The notes under the pieces were generated by a model that was given only the letters and a program-made list of their open reading frames with translations, searched no databases and was not told where the DNA came from. Positions 1-12,121 of a DNA stretch of 64,000 bases are shown here, piece after piece. Location of the stretch: contig OX597819.1 of the NCBI GenBank assembly GCA_951406725.2, positions 39,308,001-39,372,000 on the forward strand. Direction: 5' to 3'. The translations under genes were made by a program, and so were the position numbers. The DNA comes from Octopus vulgaris (lineage: Eukaryota). Positions within the stretch are counted from its first letter, which is position 1; each line of letters begins with the position of its first letter.

Positions 1-1330
1 GGGGACGTAAACACACCAGCATCGCTTGTCAAGCAATGTTGGGAGGACAAACACACACACACACAAATATACGATGGGCTTCTTTCAGTTTCCATCTACC
101 AAATCCACTCACAAGGCTTTGGTTGGCCCGAGGCTATAGTAGAAGACACTTGCCCAAGATGCCACGCAGTGGGACTGAACTTGGAACCATGTGGTTGGTA
201 AGCAAGCTACTTATCACACAGCCACTCCTAATGATTCAAATTAAAACCTTCCACTAAAGTGTCTAGTTAATTTATGCTCTGAACACCAACTTAATGACTG
301 TCTTTATTTTTGAAATTAATTGAAACAAAAGCAGTACATCTCAACAAGAATATGGTAATGAAAGGGCTAATCACACAGCCATGCCCGGATCCAATTAAGC
401 CTTGTAGGGTAGAACCTGTTTCACTGGCTCTACAGAATGCAAGGTGTTAAATTGTCTCAACCAACTCTATAAAAAGAACATTGCAGCAACAATAACAACA
501 ACAATAGCAGCAGCTGCTGCCCCTGCTTGCAAAGGAGTTCTATGTCGCTAGTATAAATCATAATTGCTTAACAGGACATAACAACAAATCAACAAGTAAT
601 TTATTAACCATCAAGTCAATAAAAGGTAATAAATGAGTGGTAGTACTTTACAATGTGAATAAAAAAGAAAAATGTACAATAAAAAAGTATTAGTCAGTAA
701 CAAATTAAAAACTCGTAAAGAATCTAGGAGAAACTATGACATACTAAAATACTAAGATCGCTACTTATTAAGTGATGATACAAACTGGGATACAGTATTT
801 ACAAAAATCTTACAAACCGGTATGTAAGTGTGTGTGTGGGGGGGTCTACTCCTTATTGCTACTTGATAACTCGTATATATTCTTTTACTTATTTTAGTCA
901 GTTGACATCAGCCATGCTGGAGCACCGCCTTGAAGGGTTTTAGTTAAGCAGATCGCCCCAGGACTTATTTTTTAAGCCTAGTACTTGTTCTATTGATCTC
1001 TTTTGCCAAACCGCTAAGTTATGGAGGTGTAAACACACCAGCACCAGTTGTCAAGCAGTGATAGGGGGACAAATATTGATAGGGGAACATACATAGATAT
1101 ACACACATACATATATATGTGCTATAGAAAATTAGTAATAATGGTACACCCCTCCCATGTGACAAGTGGAATGAGCCTGTTACTATAAGTAAGGTGACGT
1201 CAGCCAGTATCGAGTGTATGTAGAGTACCCAGAGTGCATGTTAGAACGTGTTGTTAGTAGAGTCTGTACTGATCTAGTAATTATACTGTGATATTGAGTA
1301 GGCATTATGATGATCCAAACTTTTGAGGAT

Positions 1331-1737
1331 ATTCTACTATATGGCTCAGAAACCTGGACATTATCAAAGAAGATTGAGAGGCGGTTGGATAGAACCTACA
1401 CTCGCCTCCTTATGAGAACTCAAAATCTCTCGTGGAAGCATCATCCAACCAAAATGCAAATATATGGGAAACTACCACCTGTGTCATCTCTTGTGAAAGG
1501 TAGGAGAGTCCAGTTTGCTGGACATTGTTGTAGAGCTGAAAACGAGGCAATTTCTACTCTTCTCCTCTGGAAGCCATCTACTCGCAATACCAGAGGGCGC
1601 ACACTCTCCTACCCTGATGTAATCTCCAGGGATACAGGCATCCAGCAACAGGACCTCCGTAATGCTACGATGGACCGTAAAGTCTGGCGTAGCATAGTAA
1701 ATTCCATTGTCTCGACCATGGTCGAACAATGATGATT
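1331..1737 (+). mobile_element. 5'-truncated RTE/RTEX-like LINE, C-terminal ORF fragment with (TGA)n tail
   Basis: ILLYGSETWTL...RLDRTYTRLLM...RRVQFAGHC...DRKVWRSIV resembles the post-RT region of RTE-clade LINEs; followed by TGATGAT. Confidence 0.8.
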
Positions 1738-2049
1738 TGAGGATATTAACACTGTATGACTGGGGGTTGTACAGTGCCAGATTGAAACATTTTATTGACG
1801 ACTTTGGAATATCACAATATCTGTCAGAGCAACAACTGTTGTACAAAGACAGATATAATAGTGGCAAAAGACCGCTTTACAACAGTAGTGATGAGGATAA
1901 ACCAATTCACATGGAGTTAATAGAAACTCGAAGAGGATTTAACCAGCTCATGAGAAATTGATAAACTTGATGAGGATTAACCAATTCACGTGGAGTTAAC
2001 AGAAACTCATAGAGGAGTTAACAAACTCTACAACAAATTGTAAAATTAT

Positions 2050-2548
2050 GGAAGATTTATTGGTCGGTTTGCTTCATGAGACCTGGTAAAGTCAATTACA
2101 GTAGATGTATACATCAACCAGTTGGATGAAGTGATGAGTGAACTTGCAATTAAACAACCGAGATTGGTCAATAGAAACAGGCCAATTCTCTTGTAAGACA
2201 ACACTCGACCACATGTTGCACAAAGAACACTACTCAAAGAACTGAACTTGGAAATACTGTCATCCACCATATTTACCAGACCTTGCACCATCTGACTATA
2301 ATGTTTTCCAGGCATTAGACAACTTTTTGCAAGAAAAAAACTTCAAATCTGAAGGTGCAAAAAACAGCCTTTTGTAATTTCATCACCTCTTGCTCTCCAG
2401 AATTCTTTGCTGCCAGCAAAAATAAACTATGGCAAAATTGTGTTGATAATTTAGGTGGATACTTTGATTAACTGCATTGCTTTTTGTTGAAATGAAGTAA
2501 AATAAACTTTCAGTTCAAAATCAGACATTTCATTCTTAATGACCTGAT
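2050..2548 (+). mobile_element. Degenerate mariner 3' fragment
   Basis: Broken frames read LVNRNRPILL*DNTRPH and PYLPDLAPSDYNVF (mariner DNA..H and YSPDLAP.D motifs); ends ...ttaatgacctgaTA, a probable TIR plus TA. Confidence 0.75.
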
Positions 2549-2665
2549 AATTTCAGACCCAGCTGACCCAGCAGACCAAGAGTAGTCACAGAAGGAATGC
2601 TGTGACTATTCAATTTTTTTATGGTCTCTATGACTAGGGAAGTTGAGCAACCACATAGAAACTTG

Positions 2666-3086
2666 GGATCTTTTCAGTTTGAACAGCAGTTTTTAACACA
2701 ATTTCTAGGTAACTAAAAAATTTTAAACTTCGTATACTGGTAGAATGTGTTTATAAAATGTCTTTTTCTCTTGGCTTTATTGAGAAAATTCTATAGTTTG
2801 TAAGATATTTGTTGTTTTTTTCTTCCATTTCTGCAATTTCAACCAATCACTGACGTCTATTGAGGTAAAAAACATTCTGTGCCGTATGAATATGTCCCTC
2901 ATTTAAGAAACAGATTGGGTTTATTTACATTTGTGAAGAAAAAAAGATACCCTTCCCCCACTCCTAACTTTAACCCTAATCCTAAAACAGATTGAAATGC
3001 AATAGATCGATACCAGGGTCATAATTATGGGTGACAATTTCATATGACACCGCTAGAAAAAACTGCCGTTCAAACTGAAAAGATCT
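2666..3086 (+). mobile_element. MITE family M (about 420 bp, GG termini, Merlin-like), copy 1
   Basis: TIRs of about 29 bp (family consensus GGATCTTTTCGGTTTGAACGGCAGTTTTT); 8-bp TSD GAAACTTG at 2658-2665 and 3087-3094; internal CCCTAA-like tract. Confidence 0.9.
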
Positions 3087-4243
3087 GAAACTTGTATTAT
3101 TTTCTATGTATAAGACATATAGAGCCCAGAAAGTATTGTAATATCAGTCCGCTTGTCACAAAGGTGAAACAAACACCTAAACATCCGACTAGCTCTAAAA
3201 GTCAGTGTAATGAATCCTGTAGAAATTCCATGGTTTCACTCAAGGAAACTGAAAATTGTAGTTGTCTGTTGTGATTGAGATGGTGGAGATGGGAATGAAC
3301 TGGTAGGTAAGATACAAAGAGAGTGAGAGGAATGGAAGATGAAGGTGTGGCAAGTGTTAGTTGGGGTGGTAACTGGGAAAAACAGGAGAAAAAAAGAATA
3401 AGATGAATGGATATAGATGTATAATCTAACATATGTGTACACACACACACAATGGGTTTCTTTCAGTTTCTGCCTACCAAATTCACCCACAAAGCTTTAG
3501 TTGGCTCAGAGCTATACAAGAAGACATAGAAGGCACTCACCTAAGGTGTCAGACAGTGGAACTGAATCCAAAACCATGTAGGTGGAAATAAACCCTTAAC
3601 CACACAGACACGCCAGTGCCAACACACACACACAGATAATTTGATGTGGTGGTGATTGGTTGTTAGTAAATGGAAGTGGTGGTTATAAGGAAGAAGTAAG
3701 GAGTTGATGGCAATATTTTTGTGGACTGAAATAATAAAAATAGAAAAGGCACGGCAGCATTCCCTTCAGTGTAAGTAACTGTTGAATAATGTTCTCATTG
3801 GCATCAACACCAACACAAGTACAACAGCTGTTACAAACAATATCATCATCACCTTTACTACTGCCACTATTTACCATTATTGTTCTTTTATTTTCTCTGG
3901 CTTCTCCTTCATTTTATGTTTTCTATCTCTCCTAAGTGAATGCTATTCTCTTCTTTTTCTCCATTCGCCATAATCACTTGCATGGATGCCCCTCTTAACA
4001 CCAACCACTCAGCAGAGTGGACTTAGTGCCTTTTATGTGGCACAAACACAGGCGAAATCAGTTTTGGCAAGGTTCTCACAACTGGATGCCCTTCCAAATG
4101 CCAACCACTTTACAGTGTGGACTGGATGCTTTTTAAGTGCACTGACAAGGTCACCAAGTAACTTGCAAGACAAAAAAATCTTTTGAGAGGAGAGGGGGCA
4201 TTGGAGGAAGTGATCTTGTGTCAGATGATGAAAAATCACCTCC

Positions 4244-4292
<49 letters not shown>

Positions 4293-4295
<3 letters not shown>

Positions 4296-4642
4296 TCGTT
4301 TAACATCCGTTTTCCATGCTAGCATGGGATGGATGGTTCAACTGGGGTCTGGGAAGCCAGAAGGCTGCGCCAGGCCCAGTCTGATCTGGCAGTGTTTCTA
4401 CAGCTGGATGCTCTTCCTAACGCCAACCACTCCGTGAGTGTAGTGGGTGCTTTTTATGTGCCACCTGCACAGGTGCTAGACGAGGCTGGCAAACGGCCAT
4501 GATCAGATGGTGCTTTTTACGTGCCACCGGCACGGGGGCCAGACGAGGCTGGTAACGGCCACAATTGGATGGGGCATTTTACGTGCCACCGGCACGGAGG
4601 CCAGTCGGGGTGGTGCTGGCAACGGCCACGTTCGGATGGTTA
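4293..4642 (-). mobile_element. SINE-like fragment with (GAT)n tail and internal tandem repeats of about 55-60 bp
   Basis: Minus strand ends ...GGAAAACGGATGTTAAACGATGAT and contains GGTTGGCGTTAGGAAGAGCATCCAGC; a related copy lies at about 3980-4240. Three GTGCCACC(G/T)GCAC-containing repeats at 4455-4640. Confidence 0.6.
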
Positions 4643-5321
4643 TATATATATATATATATAAAAATATATATGTATGTATATATATACGACAGGTTTCTCT
4701 CAGTTTCCATTTACCAAATCCACCTACAAGGCTTTGGTTGGTCTGAGGCTATAGCAAAAGACATTTGCACAAGGTGTCACACAGTGGGACTGAACCCAGA
4801 ACGATGTGGTTGAGAAGCCATACCACACAGCCACACTTGCACCTATGCTGAAGAAAGAAAAAAAAATATGATCAAACTTATCACTGAACATACAATTTTT
4901 TCCTTCTTCAAAACAGTTCTAATTCTACAAATCTGGATCCTGCAGGGAAATAAGCAGTTCCAAGATGGCTCAATCAGCTAAATACAGCAGTCAAGTCTCC
5001 CTCAAGTAATACCTCATCATTTTTTAAAAAAGAACTCACTGAAGAATACACTTTTCAAGAAAATAGAATGGTCAAGATAATGTGTCACTGATAATAGGTT
5101 GGCTTGATTGTAGTTGACCTTAGGGGCTAACAACATCAGTTCTGAAGATTAATTTAGTACTGGCTCCATAGCACCAAGTTCCCTAAACATAACTGATATG
5201 ATAAAACTATCAAAGTCAAAATATAATGCCAGAGGTAACCCTTATTTGAAAAACAAGAGAGAGTTAGTGACAAGAAGGGCACCCAACTGTAAAACAATGC
5301 TTCAAATATATTTATCTAAGT

Positions 5322-5593
5322 CAGTGGTTCTCAACCAGGGTCCACACAATAAATTAGTAAATTAGGGATCCACAATAGTATTTTAAAGGCCTCCGAAAAA
5401 ATTTTGCTTTAGGTGTATGTATTGGTATATATTGCAAGTAACAGCTAGGTTTCACAAGTTAATGTTAAAAAATCAAATAAGAATTTTGAAAGATCTATAA
5501 AACTAGTTTTTAAACATTGAATGGCTATGGGGGTCCACCAGAATAAATTAGTAATCAAAGGGTCCATAGATAAAAAGTGGTTGAAAACCCCTG
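5322..5593. mobile_element. hAT (Charlie-like) MITE
   Basis: CAGTGGTTCTCAACC...GGTTGAAAACCCCTG termini; degenerate 8-bp TSD ATCTAAGT/TTCTAATT. A related element follows at about 5600-5829. Confidence 0.65.
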
Positions 5594-5885
5594 TTCTAAT
5601 TGCTTCTCAATCATTGTTTGCCCATGGACCTCTTTGATTCTTATTTTATTCAAGGAGGAACCCTTGCAGTCATTCAATGTCTAAAATTTTTTTATTAGAA
5701 TGCTATGATTAAATGAGGAACTGTATTTTAAAAAATGCTTAAATATTTTGTGTATTTTAGAAATAAAACCAGTTTATTGCACTTAAATTTTAACAAAATC
5801 TTACATGGACCATGGTGGAGAATCACTGGTCAAGCCATGCTAGCATAAAAAAGGAAAACATACATAAGCAGAGTTTATGCCTTAA

Positions 5886-6104
5886 CCCTTTAGTGTTCAG
5901 ATTATTCAATCAAACATAATGCTTATTGATTCCCATTGATTTGAATTAATCATGCATTATCTCATATCTTCAAGATCTTGATGGTGTAATTACTTAATGT
6001 AGAATAACATTGTAGGGTAGGTGTGAGGGCCTGGATCTGGTCAGTTTGAACATAAAACAGATTAAATACTTTGGCCGGATATGGCCTGTTTAAATACTAA
6101 AGGG
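5886..6104. mobile_element. piggyBac-type MITE
   Basis: TTAA|CCCTTTAGT...ACTAAAGGG|TTAA: CCC/GGG termini with TTAA duplication. Confidence 0.8.
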
Positions 6105-7395
6105 TTAAGCATGCCATATAACCCCCTGATAACTTTATTTTTTGGAATTTTCATAAAATATTTGCGAATTTGTATTATAGACACGTAAATTCATACAATT
6201 ATGCAAAAACCAAGCAAAAAAGATGTTTCAGTGTGTGATTTAAGAACTATTTAGCTGTTATTTTTAGCACATCTTATGACCACCTCATTTGTTTTGTCAG
6301 TCTGATGAAGTGATGTTCATCAGTATTTTTCGCCTCACAAACACATTTAATGGCCTATTGCTGAGATTTAAGCCAAAAATTCAGACTGTCCGTATTTTAA
6401 ACTCTGATTTAAAACAAATTTTTTAAAGAAGCTTGCTTCCTAACCGCATGGTTCTGGGTTCAGTCCCACTGCATGACACTTTAGGCAAATGCCTTCTACT
6501 ATAGTCTCGCGCCAACCAAAGCCATATGAGTGGATTTGGTAGATGGAAACTGAAAGAAGCCCATTGCATATATATATATATATATATATTTAGGTATGTG
6601 TCTTTGTTCCCCCACTATCACTTGACAACCGATGTTGGTGTGTTTATGTCTAGGTAACTTAGTGGTTTGGCAAAAGGGACCAGTAGAATAAGTACTGGGT
6701 TTACAAAAACTCAATTCCTGGGGTCAATTTCTTCGACCAAATAACCTTTTAAGGCGGTGCTCCAGCATAGCCACAGTCAAATGACTGAAACAAGTAAAAG
6801 AAATATAAAGCATGTGAAGGCACTCAGCCTAGTGGTTAGGCTGTCGCACACATGACTGCAAGACCATGGTTTTAATTCCCAGATTGGCTGTGCATTGTGT
6901 TCTTGAGCAAAACACTTCATTTCACATTACTCAGTTGTAAATGGGCAACCCTGTAATGGACTTGTGGCCCATGGGGGGGGGGGGGGGGCTGCTTGCCTGC
7001 CCAGCCAGCAGGGTGGCATCATCAGAAGACTACAAAAATGTGAGGAAGCGTATTGTGACTAGTAGTGTATAAACAGCATCCAATAAGTCAGGTTGATACT
7101 GTGACTATTACGTTTACTCTTGTGAGTAAACGTAACTGCGTGGAGATCTGTCGTATATGTATCTTTTACCTGTTCGTATCATTGGACATTGCATTCATGG
7201 ATTTAGTTGTACAAATCGTCCTCAATACTGTGATTAAATAATAATTTCGAAAAATTAAAAAAAATTGTATAGTCGTATGGTTTCCCGTGTGTAGAACTAC
7301 AGGTTCGCAAACATTTTCTGAAAATTCCACCCACCCCGAAAGTCACGAGGGGTTATATTGGAGTTTAAAGGAGAATTTCGCCAAGCCGGTTAATT

Positions 7396-7789
7396 TATTT
7401 ATTGCCCACAGGGGGCTAAACATAGAGGGGACAAACAAGGACAGACAAAGGGATTAAGTCGATTGCATTGACCCAGTGCGTAACTGGTACTTATTTAATC
7501 GAATCCGAAAGGATGAAAGGCAAAGTCGACCTCAGAACGTAACGGCAGACGAAATACCTATTTCTTTACTACCCACAAGGGGCTATACACGGAGGGGACA
7601 AACAAGGACAGACAAACGGATTAAGTCGATTACATCGACCCCAGTGCGTAACTGGTACGTAATTTATCGACCCCGAAAGGATGAAAGGCAAAGTCGATCT
7701 CGGCGGAATTTGAACTCAGAACGTAACGGCAGATGAAATACGGCTACGCATTTCGCCCGGCGTGCTAACGTTTCTGCCAGCTCGCCGCC
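7396..7789 (-). mobile_element. SINE family B dimer (one full unit plus one head-truncated unit)
   Basis: tRNA-like head GGCGGCGAGCTGGCAGAAACGTTAGC...GAGTTCAAATTCC, central GCCTTTCATCCTTTCGGGGTCGATAAA block; flanking duplication CCAAGCCGGTTAATT at 7381-7395 and 7788-7802. Confidence 0.8.
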
Positions 7790-8944
7790 AAGCCGGTTAA
7801 TTATTTTATTGGTCTCTTGTCGAATGTCTAAGTTACGGAGACGTAAACACACATGGCGAGCTTCTTTCAATTTCCATCTATCAAATTCACTCACAAAGCT
7901 TTAATAAGCCCGGAGCTATAGTAGAGGACAGGTGCTCACGTAGCGGGACTAAAACCAAAATTATGTGATAGGGATGCAAACTTCTTACCACACAGCAACG
8001 CCTGTCCAACATATATCCCTCTTTTGCAAACGAAATACCTTGTAATATTTGTTCCACACCGAGTTACACAATCGCACCTCTCCTTGAAAAATGCAGTTTT
8101 TTTAGAAAAAATTATTTTTCGGATTCCTAGTTCTGGATGTCGGAGATTACGAATATGCAAGAAAAGAAATTACCCACTCCCCTTAAATTTTGAATTTTTT
8201 CGAAAATAACCTCCGCCAATAAATACATGAAACTCTTTTGATAATAGATCTGTCTGCTTAATGAGGGTTATATGTTTTTGCCACTATACTGCAGCACACA
8301 TGGTCCGTAGATGTGAATGTTTTCAAAAAATTAAAGTAAATACCACGAAATTTAGAAAGCAACACATCTATTCATATATATATGGGCGAAGGGGACGAAG
8401 TTTTTTTTTTTTTAAAGAAAGAATCATAAATTTTTTAAAAATTTGCTTCCATAAACAAGCTTTTCCACATTATTTTGAAGTGTGGAGTGAAAAACAGAGA
8501 AAAACAGGCGTCAGAACAGAGAAAAATCGAACAGTGGGCAACTTATTTCAGACTTCCGCCTCTAATTCGATATATAGTGTCTGAAAAGACGGAACGGTCA
8601 CGGTTAGAATGCTTGTGATTAGAGATCAACAATCGGGGGTTGAGTTAAGTAACAACTTTTAAATGATTTTTGTTTTTACACTATTTCATTTATGCATTTT
8701 AAGGGTAGCATTTAAATACCAATCAAGTTTGGATAACAAGCTTTCATGGAAGAAATACAAATGCTTAAAATTTAAAGAAACGGATGTGAGTATTGAAAAC
8801 TGGTAGTTTATTAAGATTAGTGGCGAGCGGTACCTCTGCCAAGGTTAACTATGATAAATACACGAGTAAAATAGCATACACACATATATATATATATATA
8901 TATTTATATATCAGTGGATGAATAAAACAGATCAAGATACCTAC

Positions 8945-9266
8945 CTTGCGCACGTAAAATTGCAGATTTTCCGCGGCCAGCACCGCCGCTGGTACCACCT
9001 TTGCCCTGGACTTTCTTAAACATGGGAGCATTCTTTAACATATCTGGTAAAATCAAAAATCGTATTTTACTACCGCGAATGAACACATTCTCCAACGTAG
9101 CCACACGTCCATCGCGATATGTTACATTAATATTGGACATTTGGCAGTTCATATTGTCTTCAGCTTCGACTAATTTTCCCCGGTATACTTCGCCTGTGGT
9201 AGTTTCACAGGTCACGGTGTGACCTTCTGCTTCATGCAGTACCTTGATAGGAACACCAATAGACAT
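8945..9266 (-). CDS. SNRPD3: Small nuclear ribonucleoprotein Sm D3, first coding exon (codons 1-107 plus 1 nt); terminal exon not found in window
   Basis: Translation [46 protein letters not shown]...[20 protein letters not shown]...[13 protein letters not shown] is near-identical to metazoan SmD3. Homology stops at CAAG|GTAGGT, a phase-1 splice donor at 8944, where the RG-rich tail should follow. Confidence 0.96.
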
Positions 9267-9329
9267 ATCGTATAATTATATGAATTGAATCAAAAAGTTC
9301 TTTTACAGAGACAAGAATGAAGAAGCTGG

Positions 9330-9450
9330 CGCAAATTTTAAACTGAATAAAGGATTCAGTTAATGATGGCGCCCAAACACGTGTAGTATGAATTAAAGTG
9401 CTTTCTGAGAAATTAGAGAGTTTTAATGATAAGGGAGGTAACTACTTTAA
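9330..9450. promoter_or_regulatory. Likely SmD3 core promoter region
   Basis: Unique sequence about 100 bp upstream of the ATG containing a YY1-like ATGATGGCGCC (about 9363-9373) and a CACGTG E-box. Motif-level inference only. Confidence 0.3.
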
Positions 9451-9928
9451 GTTGCCTGAATAAACGATATTCATTTCGCACATGAAGATAAATGTGTATT
9501 TATATGATGTATGTGAGAATTAAACTCTGTGTGTGTGTGTGTGTGTGTATAAATAGCAGAAGCAAAAGAGTGACTCAAGGCTCGAGAGTTTCGTGCACTG
9601 GCACTTATCAAACTAGTTTACTTTTTTCAGTCATTAGACTGCAGCCATGCTGGGCACCGCCTTGGTGAATTTTTTGTCGCATGAATCGACTCCAGTACTA
9701 ATCTTTATTTTTTGTTTAAGCCTGATACTTACTCGATCGGTCTCTTTTGCGAACCGCTAAGTAACAGAGATGTAAACACACCAGCACCGGTTGTCAAGAG
9801 GTAATGGGGGACAGATACAAAAAGACACACACACACGGGCATACACACATGTTTATTAATATTTAGCAGAAACAACAGAGTGACTCAAGGTCCGAGAGTT
9901 TCGTACGTTGGTACTTATCAAACTAGTT

Positions 9929-9974
<46 letters not shown>

Positions 9975-10143
9975 CACTTTTCTACACAAGGCGCAAGGCC
10001 CGAAATTTTGGCGGGAGGGAACCAGTCGATTAGATCAACCCAAGTATGCAACTGGTACTTGATTTATCGACCCTGAAAGGATGAAAGATAAAAATTGAAT
10101 AGAGTCAACAGGAATGAGTACGTTTAGACAGCTATTTAATAAA

Positions 10144-10245
10144 CACTACACATGTTTCAATACAACATAGATCCACATATACACAGGTATTAAATTAAGC
10201 AACGGTTTATCTGTATAATGGGATCCAGTTGTGTCTCCTCAGGTG
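10144..10245 (-). ncRNA. Type I hammerhead with extended helix II
   Basis: CAC-CTGAGGA-[GACACAAC TGGATCC CATTATAC...GTATATG TGGATCTA TGTTGTATT]-GAAAC atgt GTA|GTG. Confidence 0.68.
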
Positions 10246-10340
10246 ATATATAATCGCTGTCCCCGTACATAAATCTTTGACTTGGACGCTAACACGTCCA
10301 ATTGGCTCTTTTGAATCTAGCAGACGTTGGCAGTTCCATT

Positions 10341-11002
10341 CTGGTAGAATGTGTTTATAAAACATCTTTTTCTTTTGCCTTTATTGAGAAAATTCTATAG
10401 TTTGTAAGATTTTTGTTGCTTTTTTTCTTCAATTTCTGCAATTTCAGCCAATCACTGACGTCTATTGAGGTAAAAAAAAAAAACATTCCGTGCCGTATGA
10501 ATATGTCCCTCGTTTAAGAAACAGATTGGGTTTATTTACATTTGTGAAGAAAAAAAGATACCCTTCCCCCTAACCTTAACCCTAACTAACCCTAACCCTA
10601 ACACGTCCAATTGGCTCTTTTGAATCTAGCAGACGTTGGCAGTTCCATTCTGGTAGAATGTGTTTATAAAACATCTTTTCTCTTGGCTTTATTGAGAAAA
10701 TTCTATAGTTTGTAAGATATTTGTTGCTTTTTTTCTTCAATTTCTGCAATTTCAGCCAATCACTGACGTCTATTGAGGTAAAAAAAAAAACATTCCGTGC
10801 CGTATGAATATGTCCCTCGTTTAAGAAACAGATTGGGTTTAATTACATTTGTGAAGAAAAAAAGATACCCTTCCCCCTAACCTTAACCCTTACCCTAAAA
10901 CAGATTGAAATGCAATAGATCGATACTAGGGTCATAATTATGGGTGACAATTTCATATGACACCGCTAGAAAAAAAAACTGCCGTTCAAACCGAAAAGAT
11001 CC
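10341..11002 (+). mobile_element. MITE family M, copy 2 (left end lost, 309-bp tandem duplication)
   Basis: Same internal sequence; right TIR ends at 11002; segment 10289-10597 is repeated from 10598. Confidence 0.85.
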
Positions 11003-12121
11003 ATAAATTGTTTGGTGCTGTTGCAGTTTTTGTTGGATAGCCTTCAGATATGCTGTGATCGAGTAGACCTACGACTTGGTGCAGTATATGGCTCCTGATA
11101 TGAAGTTTCTTCACTCGGCTGAGAACTACACTTTACATTCCGACATGCAGTGGTTACCTGAATGAATTGTAGTGGAACTATGATGTACTTCAATTACAGT
11201 TTATTTCGTAGACTTGTTGCGTTATGTAAGTGATTGATTTTGCGATCAGTCTATGATGGTGGGAAGTTCGCTTAGTGGTTCGTGCATTGTATCTTACTTT
11301 CTTTATTCTGTGTTCCAATGTTATCGCTTTTAGCTTTCTCCGAAGATGATGAAACAGTCTCAGTAATGCACTTATCAATATCATTAACTAAAAAGTACAA
11401 CCCTTCCAAAAAAACAAAAAATTTATTTAGAAAAAGTAAACACAAGAAAATCAAAACCACTCACTGTTCAAGCATAAGGGAAATAATCATTATTTGTAAT
11501 AAAGAGTTATTTACCTTGTTAAAATTTATACGTGGTTTTGGATTTCAAATTGATACTCTTCCATCTATTGCTAAAACATCGTTGTTATTTCAGATTAAGT
11601 TTATATCAATTGACAATAAAATGTGCTGCTAAATGAATTTTTGCTGCTGTTTATTTACCGTGCTAACCAATGACGAATGGCCAATTTGTGCCTGGTCATC
11701 GCTATTTCGTTGTGTATGGTAGAACGAGGGAACCTAGTTATATATAAGTTACTACAGTTTAGCCGCTTCAGGATAGATAGGACCATGGAGAAAAAGACTT
11801 TTCTGACCTGACCATCCTGTCGTTTTGGGGAATACATAGGCGTGTATTATTTAGTGCGGCTATTCCTTGTTTATGACAGTAGGACGTAATTTGAAAGAAT
11901 TTTGCTCGCTACATGTAGCAGATCGAGCGACCACTGGTATAATTCACCATTGAAAGCTGTAACAATACTGTAGTATCAATCATTATTTTGTTAGAGAATA
12001 AATAATACAAATGTTATTCATTTGTTATGTCTCGCTGCACGGCAAGTTCAAATACCCATTTCTTTACTACCCACAAGGGGCTAAACACAGAGGGGACAAA
12101 CAAGGACAGACAAACGGATTA

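Noticed and set aside
3203-3248. Candidate SmD3 terminal exon (minus-strand TTTTCAG acceptor giving VSLSETMEFLQDSLH*)
   Set aside because: The phase fits, but it has no resemblance to the conserved RG-rich C-terminus.
6302-6323. CTGATGA motif
   Set aside because: It pairs with its own TCATCAG in a simple hairpin; no GAAA or helices for a hammerhead.
8904-8944. ORF-track C-terminus [13 protein letters not shown] of SmD3
   Set aside because: Read-through into the intron after a canonical donor; no similarity to the SmD3 RG-rich tail.
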